A stretch of 58,824 nt of DNA, from positions 30,828,231 through 30,887,054 of the forward strand of contig NC_057720.1 of assembly GCF_004010195.1 (NCBI RefSeq), given 5' to 3'. A model generated the notes under the pieces. It ran no database searches, was not told the origin of the DNA, and worked only from the letters and a program-made list of their open reading frames with translations. Positions 12,145 to 24,358 of the stretch are shown in pieces; within the stretch, counting starts at the first letter, position 1, and each line of letters begins with the position of its first letter. Origin of the DNA: Chiloscyllium plagiosum (Eukaryota). A program made the translations under genes and the position numbers.

Positions 12145-12845
12145 ACCCACCATCCCCTCCTGGCACCTTCCCCTATCACTGCAGAATTGCAAAACCTGTG
12201 CCCACACCTCCCCCCTCACCTCCATCCAAAACCCCAAAGGAGCCTTCCACATCCATCAAAGTTTCACCTGTGGTTCCACATGTCATTCATTGTATCCGTT
12301 GTTCCCGATGCGGTCGCCTCTATATTGGGGAGACAGGGCACCTAGTCGCAGAGTGCTTCAGAGAACCTCTCCGGGACACCCACACCTGTCAACCCCACTG
12401 CCTCATGGCCGAACACTTTAACTCCCCTTCCCACTCTGCTGAGGACATGGACTGCCCGACACTCTCATCTTCCGCCTCGGGACCCTCCAACCCCATGACA
12501 TCAATGTAGATTTTACCAGTTTCCTCAATTCCCCTCCCTCCACCTTATCCCAGTTCCAACCTTCCAGCTCAGCACTGCCCTCATGACTTGTCCTACCTGT
12601 CCATCTTCCTTCCCACCTACCCCCATCTCCATCCACTACCTCATTCTCAGCTACTTACCCCCAACCCCACCCCCTTCCCATTTAACTCTCCATCCCCGAG
12701 GGTCCCAGCCTCATTACCGATGAAGGGCTTTTGCCCGAAAAGTCGATTTTCCTGCTCCTCGGATGCTGCCAGACCTGCTGTGCTTTTCTAGCACCACAGA
12801 CTTGACCTAATCTTCAGCATTTACAGTACTCACTTTTGCCTAGGT
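12145..12845 (+). mobile_element. Penelope-like element 3' fragment (GIY-YIG endonuclease plus terminal repeat) nested in CR1
   Basis: IHCIRCSRCGRLYIGETG…EHFNSPSHS, followed by the family A repeat with a mutated hammerhead (CCGATGAAGGGCTTTTGCCCGAAAAGTC, ~12717). Confidence 0.85.
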
Positions 12846-13632
12846 AGTGCCTAGGGGTCTTCTGTGGCTATCCCCATTTCAAGCAATGCTGTTTTGGAAA
12901 ATATAGGGAGTGATGGATTCTTGGGGGAATGTAGCAGGAACAGCCAAGGTTCTGGTATCGAGACTGGCTCTAATGCAATGAGGGGTACGTCAGGTTCCAA
13001 GAGATCGACTGTGTTAGGGGACTCTCTAGTCCAAGGCACAGACAGATGTTTCTGTGGCCAGCAGTGAAAAATCAGAATGGTGTATTGCCTCCCTGGTGCC
13101 AGGATCAAGAATGTTCTCAATGGGAAGAGGGCCCAGCAGGGGGTCATTATACACATTGGAACCAACGACATAGGAAGGGAAGAGGATGAGAGAATATAGA
13201 GAGTTTGGCAGGAACGTAAAAAGCAGGTCCTCGAGAGTAGTAATAGCTGGATTACTCCCCGTGCTACGTGCTAGTGAGGGTAGGAATATGAGGATATAGC
13301 AGATGAATGCATGGCATGGTGTATCAAAGAAAGATTCACATTTTTGGATCATTGGAATCTTTTCTGGGGTACAATTGACCTGTGCAAGAAGGGCAGATTG
13401 CACCTAAATTGGAAGGGGACTAATATACTGGCAGGGAAATTTGCAAGAACTGCTTGGGAGGATTTGAACTAGTAAGGTGGGGGGGGGGGGGGGGGGGGGG
13501 GGGGCCCAGGGGGATAGTGAGGAAAGAGATCAATCTGAGAACACGTTGAGAAAAGAAGCGAGTCAAACAGTCAGGGCAGGCAGGGACAAAGCAGAGAACA
13601 AGGTAGGACTGATAAATTAAACTGCATTCATT

Positions 13633-13724
13633 CCTGAAGAAGGGCTAATGCCCGAAACGTCGATTCTCCTGTTCCCTAGATGCTGCCTGACCTGCTGCAC
13701 TTTTCCAGCAACACATTTCCATCT
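13633..13724 (+). mobile_element. 92-bp hammerhead-bearing Penelope mini-insertion within the CR1 endonuclease start
   Basis: 11-bp TSD CTGCATTCATT at 13622-13632 and 13725-13735. Core CTGAAGA-A-GGGC(TAAT)GCCC-GAAA-CGTC is intact. Confidence 0.85.
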
Positions 13725-16569
13725 CTGCATTCATTTCAATGCAAGAGGCCTAACAGGGAAGGCAGATGAACTCAGGGCATGGTTAGGAACATGGGATTGG
13801 GATATCAGGGCAATTACAGAAACATGGCTCAGGGATGGATAGGACTGGCAGCTTAATGTTCCAGGATACAAATGCTACAGGAAGGACAGAAAGGGAGGCA
13901 AGACAGGAGGGGGAGTGGCGGTTTGATAAGTGATAGCATAACAGCTGTACTGAGGGAGGATATTCCTGGAAATACATCCAGGGAAGTTATTTGGGTGGAA
14001 CTGAGAAATAAGAAAGGAATGATCACCTTGTTGGGATTTATTATAGACCCCCAAATAGTCAGCAGGAAGTTGAAAAACAAATTTGTATGGAGAACTCAGT
14101 TATCTGTAAGAATAATAGGGTGGTTATGGTAGGGGATTATAACTTTCTAAACACAGGCTGGGACTGCCAGAGTGTTAAGGGGTTAGATGGAGAGGAATTT
14201 GTTATGGGTGTACAAGTATGTGGATGTACCAACTAGAGAAGGTGCAGATTTGATCTACTGTTTGGAAATAAGGCAGGGCAGATGACTGAAGTGTCAGTGG
14301 GGGAACATTTTGGGGCCAGCGACCATAGTTCTATTAGTTTTAAAATAGTGATGGAAAAGGATAGACCAGATCTAAAAGCTAAAGTTCTAAATTGGAGAAA
14401 GGCTAATTTTGACGATATTAGACAAGAACTTTCAGAAGCTGACTGGGGGCAGATGCTCGCAGGTAAAGGGGTGGCTGAAAAATGGGAAGCCTTCAGAAAT
14501 GAGATCAAGAGAGTCCAGAAACAGTATATTCATGTTAGGATGAAAGGGAAGGATGGTAGGTGTACGGAATGCTGGATGATAAGAGAAATTGAGGTTTTGG
14601 TTAAGAAAAAGAAGGAAGCATTTGTCAGGTATAGACACGATAGTTTGAGTGAATCCTTAGAAGAGTATAAAAGCAGTAGCAGTATACTTAAGAGGGAAAT
14701 CAGGAGGGCAAAAAGGGGACATGAGATAGCTTTGCAAATAGGGTTAAGGAGAACCCAAAGGGTTTTTATAAATACATTAAGGGCAAAAGGGTAACAAAGG
14801 AGCAAATGGGGCCCCTCAAAGATCAGCAAAGCGGAATTTGTGTGGAGCCACAGGAGATGGGGGAGGTACTAAATGAGTATTTTACATCAGTGTTTACCGT
14901 GAAAAAGGACATGGAAGATATAGAATGTAGGGAAATAGATGGTGACATCTTGAAAAATGTTCGCATTATTGAGGAGGAGTGCTGAATGTCTTGAAATGCA
15001 TAAAGGTGGATAAATCCCCAGGACCTGATCAGCCGTACACTGGAATTGTGTGGGAAGCGAGGGAAGTGATTGCTGGGCCTCTTGCTGAGATATTTGTATC
15101 ATTGATAGTCACAGGTGAGGTGCCAAAAGACTGGAGGTTGGAAAACGTGGTTCACTGTTTAAGAAAGGCGGTAAGGACAAGCCAAGGAACTATAGATTGG
15201 TGAGCCTGACATCAATTGTGGGCAAGTTGTTGGAGGGAATCCTGAGGGACAGGATGTATATGTATTTGGAAAGGCAAGGACTGATTAGGGATAGTCAACA
15301 TTGCTTTGTGCGTGGGAAATCATGTCTCACAAACTTGGTTGAGTTTTTTGAAGGAGTAACAAGGAGGATTGATGAGGGCAGTGCAGTGGACGTGATCTAT
15401 ATGCACTTCAGTAAGGCGTTCGACAAGGTTCCCAATGGGAGACTGTTTAGCAAGGTTAGACCTTATGGAATACAGGGAGAACTAGCCATTTGGATACAGA
15501 ACTGGCTCACAGTTAGAAGACAGATGGTGGTGGGGGAGGGTTTTTTTACAGACTGGAGGCCTGTGACCAGTGGAGTGCCACAAGGATCGGTGCTGGGTCC
15601 ACTACTTTGGTCATTTATTTAAATAGTTTGGATGTGAGCCTGAAAGGTATATTCAGTAAGTTGCAGATTATACCAAAATTGGAGATGTAGTGGACAGCAA
15701 AGACGGTTACCTCAGATTACAATGGGATCTTGATCAGATGGGTCAATGGGCTGAGGAGTGGTAAAAGGAGATTAATTCAGATAAATGCGAGGTGCTGCAT
15801 TTTGGGAAAACAAACCTTAGCAGGACTTATGCATTTAATTGTAAGGTCCTAGGGAGTGTTGCTGAACAGACAGCTTGGAGTGCAGGTTCAAATCTCCTTG
15901 AAAGTAGAGTTGCAGGTAAATAGGATAGTGAAGAAGGCTCTCCTTTATTGGTCAGACTATTGAGTATGGGAGTTGGGAGGTCATGTTGCGGCTGTACAGC
16001 ACATTGGTTCGGTCACTGTTGGAATATTGCATGCAATTTTGGTCTCCTTCCTATTGGATGGATGTTTTGAAACTCGAAAGGGTTCAGAAAAGATTTACAA
16101 GGATGTTGCTAGGGTTGGAGGATTTGAGCTATAGGGAGAGATTGAATAGGCTGGAGCTATTTTCCCTGGAGCTGAGGAGAGACCATATAGAGGTTTATAA
16201 AATCTTGAGGGGCATGGATAGGATAAATAGACAAGGTCTTTTCCCTGGCATGGGGGAGTCCAGAACTAGAGGGCACAGGTTTAGGGTGAGAGGGGAAAGA
16301 TATAAAAGAGACCTAAGGGGCAATTTTTTCATGCAGAGTGTGGTGCATGTATGGAATGAGCTGCTGGACGAAGCAGTGGAGACTAGTACAATTGCAACAT
16401 TTAAAAGGCACCTGGATGGGTATATGAATAGGAGGAGTTTGGAGGGATAAGGGCCGGATGCTGGCAAGCGGGACTAGATTAGTTTGGGATATCTGGTCAC
16501 CATGGATGAGGTGGACAGAAATGTCTGTTTCTGTTTCTGTGCTGTACATCTATGACTCTATAATGCCAA

Positions 16570-16800
16570 GTATTCTAAATTTTTTCTCCCATAAACCTGA
16601 TGTCCTAACTCACACTAAATGTCATTCACTGACTGCCTTTATGTTTGCTGACCAAGACTGGGCCCAGACCCAGCATCACCTTGATTTAAAAATTCCCATC
16701 CTTGTTTACAAATGCTTCTATGGCATATCCTCTCCCTATGTCCATAATTCCTAATGCACTACAATCCTTTAAATGATCTTCACGTTTCCACACTTTTTAA
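16570..16800 (+). mobile_element. L2-clade LINE 3' fragment
   Basis: LDLKIPILVYKCFYGISSPY resembles the L2 ORF2 C-terminal motif FKILLLVYKALHGLAPxY. Confidence 0.55.
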
Positions 16801-16997
16801 TTTCCATTAAGTCAAATCATGTTAAATTATGTGTGGACTTATGTTAACTCTAAATTCTCTCCATAAGTGCTATCAGACCTGTGGCGTTTTCCCAGTAATT
16901 TCTGATTTTGTTTTTATTTCCAGCATCTGCAGTTCTTTTGGTTTTTTTGTGGGCTTCTTACGGCACCATCTTAATTCACTTTGCACAGCCATTAACA

Positions 16998-17160
16998 CTC
17001 AAGAGTGTTCTGCTGGAAAAGCACAGCAGGTCAGGTAGCATCCGAGGATCAGGAAAATCGACGGGCTTTTGCCGATTTTCCTGCTCCTCGGATGCTGCCT
17101 GACCTGCTATGCTTTTCCAGCGCCACACTCTTGACTCTAATCTCCAGCCCTCACTTTTGC
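16998..17160. mobile_element. Penelope-derived fold-back mini-insertion, family A, ribozyme core deleted
   Basis: TSD CACAGC(C/A)ATTAACA at 16984-16997 and 17161-17174. ~60-bp inverted arms flank acgggcttttgc. Confidence 0.8.
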
Positions 17161-17349
17161 CACAGCAATTAACAGCCATGTCTTCCAACTGAAATGGACA
17201 TGAGCTTTGGAGTTCCCTCAAACTTCTTCACTTATCTTTCTTTGTTCAACACCCTTCAGAAAACCTGCCTCTTTCACCAGCTTATGTCATCCAGTGGCAA
17301 ATTTTATTTGGGAACTGGACATTGAGTAATTCATCTGAACAAAAGTCCG

Positions 17350-18140
17350 AGAGGATGGCAGAGGAGGGCTCCTGAACTAAAGGTCATCCAGTCCGATCAC
17401 TTTTCTTTTCTCACCCTTTTTGCTTTCTTTTATTTTCATTTACAGTTTCTGTCTATGTACTTTTGGAAGGAAGTTTCATTGTGGAGTCAGTGCCGGTGAC
17501 AGCAGTGGCTGGAGGGTCTGGCAGTCAGCTATGAGGCGGCTGGTGTGGCCGGGCAGAACTCTGGAGGTTGATGACATTGTGGCTTCTTTGAGGTCTGGAG
17601 CGTGGAACTAGCTGGGGCCCTGAACTATACTAGGGTGGGACTCCAGCAGAAGAGCAGGAGCAGACAGCTCAGGGCAGCTGGCAGTGAGAGCAAGAGCAGA
17701 CAGCCAGAAGTAGCTGCGGGAGCAGGAACAAACTTCAAGTGGCATTGGTGGTAGCAGGAATAGGTTGCAAGATGGCAAGTCTTGAAGAAGGCTTGTCACA
17801 TCGATTTCCCCACCTCCTGATGTTGCCTGCTTGCTGTGTTCTTCCAGCCTCTTGCCTGTCTATTGTGGCAAGAGCAAGCAGCTCTGGTTGATGACGGGGT
17901 CAAGCTTGAGCCCTTGTGAGGACTGAGAGCCCAATATGGCCAGTTGCTGACAGACTGTGGTGTTGAACTGTTAACTGTCTTTCTTTGTTTTTCCACCCTT
18001 TAGTAAGAAAGACTATGACTGTTTATAACTTTGTTTTTCATTATATTTCTGCTTTGTACCTAAGATGGTGCCATAAGTGGTGACATGCAAACTTTCCACT
18101 GTACTCATGTAGGTACATGTGACAATAAGCCTAATTCAAT
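17350..18140 (+). mobile_element. Probable non-autonomous retroposon (Rex1/Babar-like tail)
   Basis: Ends aagatggtgcc…ccactgtactc…tacatgtgacaataa. A related minus-strand element may lie at ~35100-35640. Family assignment is from memory only. Confidence 0.35.
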
Positions 18141-18289
18141 TTTACCAAACTAAGGAAGCTACATTAATTTACGTTTCTAGTGGCCCAAAGCCGTCCTGAC
18201 ATGACATACTTACTATTTGGCAGTATCATATAAACTGGGGAATAATTTCAGGTCCAGTTACAAGGCTGGGTCTGCTCTGAAAGGTTAAG

Positions 18290-18640
18290 AGTTCGTGGGA
18301 CGTGACTAGCGCTTGTGACGTCAGCGCCGCTGGCTTGCCCCACTGCGCGTGCGCGGAGCCCTGTCACTAAGCATGCTGGGACTGGTACCGGGTGAAGGAT
18401 TCGGCTGTCTGGCCACAGCATGGCACCAGAGTTGGGAAGTGTGGTTCCTGGCTGGAAAATCAGTTTCGTTGACGCTACACCACTAAGTGTACCTTTCCGG
18501 TGCGTGTTGTAGTCTGCCCGGGAGGGGCTGGGCCTGACGAGCCCAAAGTGAGGTGAGACGGAGTCTGTCTGTGTTTTGGGGGGTGGGGGGGCGCAGTGCG
18601 CAGTGCTCGAACTCGAACTCGAACTCCGGATGATCGCTGT
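18290..18640 (+). promoter_or_regulatory. CpG-rich promoter and probable non-coding first exon of DPH2
   Basis: Local CpG enrichment in a CpG-poor window. Full CRE TGACGTCA at 18316-18323, NRF1-like TGCGCGTGCGC at 18344-18354, candidate donors gtgagg (18548) and gtgaga (18553). The first coding exon has an acceptor only 10 nt before its ATG. Confidence 0.7.
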
Positions 18641-18758
18641 GTGGCAGAGCCTCCTACTCCTTGATCAAAGTAAAACACTGCGGATGTTGCTAATCTGAGG
18701 GAAACGCGGAATATGCTGGAGAAATTCAGGAGGTCTGGCAGCATCTGTTGGATTAGAC

Positions 18759-18911
18759 CTCTGTGTCAAAAAGTGTGGTGCTGGAAAACACAGCCGGTCA
18801 GACAGCATCCGAGGGGCGGGAGAATCGACGTTTCAGGCATAAATTCTTCATCAGGACCACTCGCTTTTGACTCTGATCTCCAGCATCTGCAGTCCCCTCT
18901 TTCTCCCAGTA
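18759..18911. mobile_element. Penelope-derived mini-insertion, family A, with decayed minus-strand hammerhead
   Basis: GATTAGAC duplicated at 18751-18758 and 18912-18919. The reverse complement contains CTGATGAAGAATTTATGCCTGAAACGTCGA. Confidence 0.7.
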
Positions 18912-19320
18912 GATTAGACTTGTGTAAAGCAAGGTTATCTCCAAGTGAGGGTCCGAGGCAATGACGGCCACCGTGGGCCAGTTGTGTGCCCCTTTCCATA
19001 TGGACTCGGGCTGTGACAGCCTTCGAAGTCTCAATATGGGATCACAATGAGTGAAAGTTTGGGAATTGTTGCTGTAAATGGTTACAATCTAATCCTGAAA
19101 GCGTGTAGCACGCTTAAAATGATTTTGAGTTTTGCTACCACTAGAGAGCGCTTTAGCCTTGGAATATATTTAGGTTCATTGTTAACTTGGGTTGGGTCAT
19201 ATTATCATTGGTTGTAGTAGTTTGAATAGGATTAACAACAGTAGCTGTGAAAAAAAAGTTTCGATTTTTAAAATCTTAATTTTTTATTAACCCTTTTACA
19301 GCAAATGCTCTGAATTTAGA

Positions 19321-20505
19321 TTCAGAGATATGTAGTACAGAAACAGACCATTTGCTTCAACTCATCAATGCTGACCACATAATCTAAGTTAATCTAGTCA
19401 TACTTGCCAGCATTTCGCCCATATTCCTCTAAACTTTTATATTCATATACTCATCCAGATGCCTTTAAATATTGTAATTGTGGTAGCCTCCACCACTTCC
19501 TCTGGTAGCACATTCCATACACGCACCAACCTCTGCATGAAAAGGTTTCCCCTTAGATACCTTTTAAATCTTCCCTCTTTTCCCTTTAAATCTAGTTTTG
19601 GATTCTCTCACCCCTGGGAAAAGGCCTTGACTATTTACCATATCTATACCCCCCTCATGAGTTTATAAACCTTGGCCTCTGATGCCCTAGGGAAAATAGC
19701 CCCAGCGTATTCACCCTCTCTCTATACATCAAACCCTCCAACCCTGGTAACATCCTTGTAAATCTTTTCTGCACCCTTTCAAGTTTCACAACATCCTTCC
19801 AATAGCAGGGAGACCAGAATTTGCGCATAGTATTCCAGAAGCAGCCTAAACAATGTTCTGTACATCCGCAACATGACCTTCTATACTCCATGCACTGACC
19901 AGTAAAGGCAAGCATACCTAATGCCACCTTCACTATCCTATCTACCTGCAACTCCACTTTCAAGGAAATATGAACCTGCACTCCAAGGTCTCTTTGTTTA
20001 GCAAAGGTCCCATTATGTGCATAAGTCCTACATTGATTTGCCTGTCCAAAATGCAGCACCTCACATGTATTTAAATAAAACTCCCTCTGCCACAGTTTAG
20101 ATGCATTGGCTCATCTGATCAAGATACCCCCATTGTACGCTGTGGTAACCTCTGCTATCCACTACACCTCCAGTTTTGGTGTCATATGCAAATTTACAAA
20201 CTACACCTCCTATGTTCACATCCAATCATTTATATAAATGACGAAAAGCAGTGGACCGAGCATCAATCCTTGTGGCACACTGCTTGGTCACAGGCCTCCA
20301 GTCTGAAAAGCAACCCTCCACCACCACCCTCTGTCTTCTACCTGTGAGTCAGTTCTGTATCGAAATAGCTAGTTCTCTCTCTATTCCATGTGATTTAACC
20401 AGTCAACTATGAGGAACCTTGTCGAACGTCTTACTGAAGTCCATATAGAAGACATTGACCACTTTGCCCTCATTAATCCTCTTCATTACTTCAATAAACT
20501 CAATT
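19321..20505 (-). mobile_element. 5'-truncated CR1 in DPH2 intron 1
   Basis: LHFG, RDLGVQVH and LERVQKRFTRMLPGLEG motifs, plus CR1 tail. Confidence 0.9.
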
Positions 20506-21712
20506 ATTTCAGAAGTGTTCTTGGAGCAAAAAAAATTAAGACAGTTAAGGTAGTCGTGTTAATTGGCTGAAGTATTCTGCTGTCTAAATGTAAGCTGTTT
20601 TCCACACTGGTCAATTTGGAAATATTAGTAAATTCAGCCAATTAAATTCATGTTCCTTTTCTTCATCCTGCCACACACACTTGTACATTTTCGTTTCTCT
20701 TCCTTTCTGCCACACCCCCTAAAAATATCCTCACATTTCATAAACTGGTTTCAATGGGAACCATAGAGCATGATTTATAGCACAGATCAGTGTATACACA
20801 TATAATTTGTGTATGTTGCATTTAATTTATACAAGATCAATCCTAACTTGTAGATTGCCTCTATAGTTTTACAAATTCCTCTACTAACACTTCTGTAGAG
20901 TAAGGTTGCAAACTTTAATTGAAACATATTGTAGAATATTTCACCATGTGACTACTAACGATCATTATGTCCTCATGTGCAGCATTGGTTCTTCAATGTG
21001 TCAATCCTTACGGCAATGAGTCAGTAACTACAATATTCAGATCATCTACACTGTGGATCTTACTGTGTAGCATGATGCTCCATTTGCCTATAATTCGAGA
21101 AAAAAACAATTTGCCATGAACCCAGGAGTGAAGTAAAAATATCTCCTCTGAGTTGCTCACAGGAGTGTCCAGATGATTAACTTTTCATTCAGGAAGGCAT
21201 TGGGACAACCTACATCCAGAAACTGATCACAGAGATTGCAGATTTTGGATGTTGAAAATAAAAATTTAAATTGCTGGAAACAACTAACAGTTCTGACAGC
21301 ATCTGCGGAGAGATAAGCAGAGTTGAGCTGGAACATTATTAGCTCATTCTGAGCCAGTCTTCAGCCACGCCAGTTCTAACAACTGTTTGAAAGTATAAAA
21401 TGCAAAATAAATGCAATTCAGGTGGTGGTACCAATATCTCCCTTTATAGCACTGAATTGAGACTGATTTAATAAGAACTTATTTTAATTCATTTAATTTA
21501 TCTGATAATGTCTAAAGGATGACTATTTCAATAACAAGTTTGTTAGAGAAGAAAACATGAAAGATTTAACTTCAGAATCAGAGTATGTGTACAACTGCCC
21601 ACAGTTTAATGCAAGGTTTTCTGTGGCATCTGGGACATAATCGGTAAAGCAATTAACTACAGTAAACTTGCTGAATGTTGTCAATTTTATTTAAATTCAT
21701 AGTTCAATCATC

Positions 21713-21862
21713 ATGACTACGACATTCAGTGATGATGGTTCTAAGGCAATTCAGCGGTCCACAGACGTTTCTGAAAAAAACAGAACTTGCTCAAAGGAGA
21801 TTGATGTAGTGTATGAGATTGAGAAGACATGCAGCTTCATTACAGATAATGGCTTTAAAAAG
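21713..21862 (+). CDS. DPH2: DPH2 coding exon 1
   Basis: MTTTFSDDGS…VYEIEKTCSFITDNGFKK. Acceptor ag at 21701-21702, donor gttggt, phase 0. Confidence 0.9.
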
Positions 21863-22020
21863 GTTGGTATCACTTGCCACTACCTAATTTCATTCCCTCT
21901 TTTTTTTTGAGAGGGAGAATTTAAACTGATCTCAAGAAACTCTGACTAAAAACAGAAACTCAGTTGTAAGCATTGATATATATCCTCCTCTGATGGAACA
22001 GAAGACAGAAAGATTGAAGA

Positions 22021-22273
22021 GCACGTTTCAGGGATTTGATAAAGTAGAGGATATCAACTTTTATCCTCTGTAGCCCATCAGAGTTTAAAGCTAATTATGT
22101 TTAATGGACAGATATTAAGACTGAATATTGATTTTGTTAGATTTGCTTAGCACATTCATACTTATTGTCAAGCTACAATATCATTATTTCTTGCAATACG
22201 GGGAATATTAGCTAGGCAGTATTTATTATGTTTTCCTTGTTAATCTAAAGGCATTTAAGAGTCAACCATTTAA
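22021..22273 (+). repeat. ~250-bp intronic direct repeat, copy 1
   Basis: Aligns end to end with 22852-23099, with scattered mismatches. Confidence 0.9.
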
Positions 22274-22377
22274 CCTGTTCTTCAGCAAACTATTGGTGTG
22301 CACTTCCTAATGTCTGTCTCTAGCAAGCGCTTACTAATGTCTGGATGCAGGCTAAAGATATTCCCCAATCACTACAG

Positions 22378-22490
22378 GTGGCTCTCCAATTTCCTGATGA
22401 ACTTCTCATTGATGCTGTTGCCGTTATGTTAAAACTGGAGAAAAACACCACTGCCAAACTTTTCATACTGGGTGACACATCATATGGCAG
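22378..22490 (+). CDS. DPH2: DPH2 coding exon 2
   Basis: VALQFPDELL…LFILGDTSYG(S), the DPH1/DPH2 family signature. cag/gtttgt boundaries, 113 bp. Confidence 0.97.
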
Positions 22491-22851
22491 GTTTGTCTTA
22501 CTTTGTAATTAGGTAGGATGAACTGTTGGACACTGATTTTTATTTTAAGAAGTTTGTGTGGAATCCCACCTGTACTGAGCAAGATCGAAAATAAGGGATA
22601 TCTTCTCTTACTAGTGAGAGTCATAATTAACAGATTAAGCAATACTTGTTTTCTACTTGGACTAATATCACTAATTAAATATTGTGAAGAGTTCCACACA
22701 GTGTTACCCCTGGGTTCTAGCCCATCATCTACTATACAGAAATACACAATTACAATTGTGCTGTTTGGAGAACAAAAGTTGGGCACATCCTAAAAAGAAA
22801 TAAGCATCAAAAAGTTATTTATCTAAAGCTTCTGGTACTCAAGTAATATGT

Positions 22852-23099
22852 GCACATTTCAGGGATTTGAAAAAGTAGAGAATATCAACTTTTATCCTCT
22901 TCAGCCAACCAGAGTTTAAAACTAATAATTCTTAATGGACAGATTTTAAGACTGAATATTGATTTGTTAGATTTGCTTAACACATTTGTACTTATTGTCA
23001 AGCTACAATACCATTATTTCTTGCAATATGGGGAATATTAGCAAGGCAGTATTTTGTACTCCAAGTTAATCTAAAGGCATTTAAGAGTCAACTATTTAA
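22852..23099 (+). repeat. ~250-bp intronic direct repeat, copy 2
   Basis: Partner of 22021-22273. Confidence 0.9.
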
Positions 23100-23386
23100 T
23101 GTGGAGCAGAATTTGTTTGTTGAATTGGATAGGTTTTCTATCCTGAAGGGTATCAATTATATTATTACAGAATAGCAGCTTTTATGGCCATCGTCATTGA
23201 CAAGTTGCTGAATGTATTAAATCAGATTTTTTTTACGGTGGGATATGAACTATAGCTTATTTAGTTACTGATCCAATATAATAATAACTAAGCTATTGTT
23301 CTTGTATTAATTATTTTTCTTCATGTGCATTTCTATTCACAAACAAAATTCTGAAGATTTTCTGAAAACTCTTGCCTGTTGTGTAG

Positions 23387-23607
23387 TTGCTGTGTAGATG
23401 AAGTTGCTGCTGAGCATCTTGAAGCTGACTGTTTGGTACATTATGGAAGAGCATGTCTCAGTCCATCCAGAAGGATCCCAGTGATGTATGTGTTTGGACA
23501 AAAACCAGTGGATGTGCATCAGTGTGCTGCATCCTTCCATGTCCTGTATCCAGACAAGAATGCTCATGTTATAATTCTCTGTGATGTCATCTACTCGTAT
23601 ATACTTG
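23387..23607 (+). CDS. DPH2: DPH2 coding exon 3
   Basis: [10 protein letters not shown]…[10 protein letters not shown]…YVFG. tag/gtaaga boundaries, phases 2 to 1 consistent. Confidence 0.97.
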
Positions 23608-23828
23608 GTAAGAGACTTTTCCACTTAGTTTGTTCTCTCTTAATCTGCTGCATACTCTTTTTCTCGTGTTATGCAATTATAAAGAAACTTAGTGAGGATC
23701 ACACTTCTGGAATTGGTTGCATCCCTCACACTTTTATCAGTATTGAATCCCTGTTCTGAATTGGCATTGACCTGGAAGAAACTAATAACTGATGACTGCC
23801 TATGAGAATTTTTAAAACGGCGTAAGAG

Positions 23829-24358
23829 CATAAGCAGGAATAGGCCATTTGGCCCCTCAAATTTGTCCCACCATTCAACAAGATTGTGACTGATCTGCCC
23901 TAGGTCTCAATTCCCTCTTTGTGCTAGCTCTTCAGGGCCTTCAAGTCCCTGCTAGGTCAAAATCTGTCCACTTCCTATTTAAATAATTTCAGTGACCTAG
24001 CCTCTGCAACTCTCTGAGGTAGACAATTCCAGACATTCACTACCAATTAGCAGAATAAATTTCTTTGAATTCTGTATTATTCCGTAACTCTGTCCTCCAG
24101 TTTAGAAACTAGTGAAAACACCTTCTCAACGTCTATTCCATCAAGCCCCCTCAGAATCTCGAGTGTTTCAATAAAATCACACTTCATTTCTCTAAGTTCC
24201 AGTGAATAAAGGCCTAGCTATTTAGCCATTCTTAATGAGTCAATTCCTTTATCTCAGGAATGAGCCTAGTGAATCTGTTTTGAACTGCCATTGCCAGTAT
24301 ATATTGTTTTAAATATGGGGACTAAAACTATGCATACTCAGCTGTGGCCTCACCAACA
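23829..24358 (-). mobile_element. Older CR1 3' fragment
   Basis: CR1 C-terminus/3' UTR text, homologous to 40655-41330 and 48710-49350. Confidence 0.7.

Larger units (their letters stand above)
9990..16562 (+). mobile_element. Near full-length decayed CR1 LINE with three nested insertions
   Basis: ORF1 Cys motif (~10580-10680) and esterase-like VLGDS…HIGTND (~13000-13470). ORF2 APE start CIHFNARGL…ITETWL, SDH motif, RT motifs (DFSKAFDKVP-like, GVPQGSVLGP), CR1 C-terminus and ctatgact tail. Confidence 0.9.

Noticed and set aside
13478..13504. Long poly-G run (also ~9853-9865)
   Set aside because: Simple homopolymer; the 13.5-kb run lies at the CR1 ORF1-ORF2 spacer, its length is unreliable and there is no sign of function.
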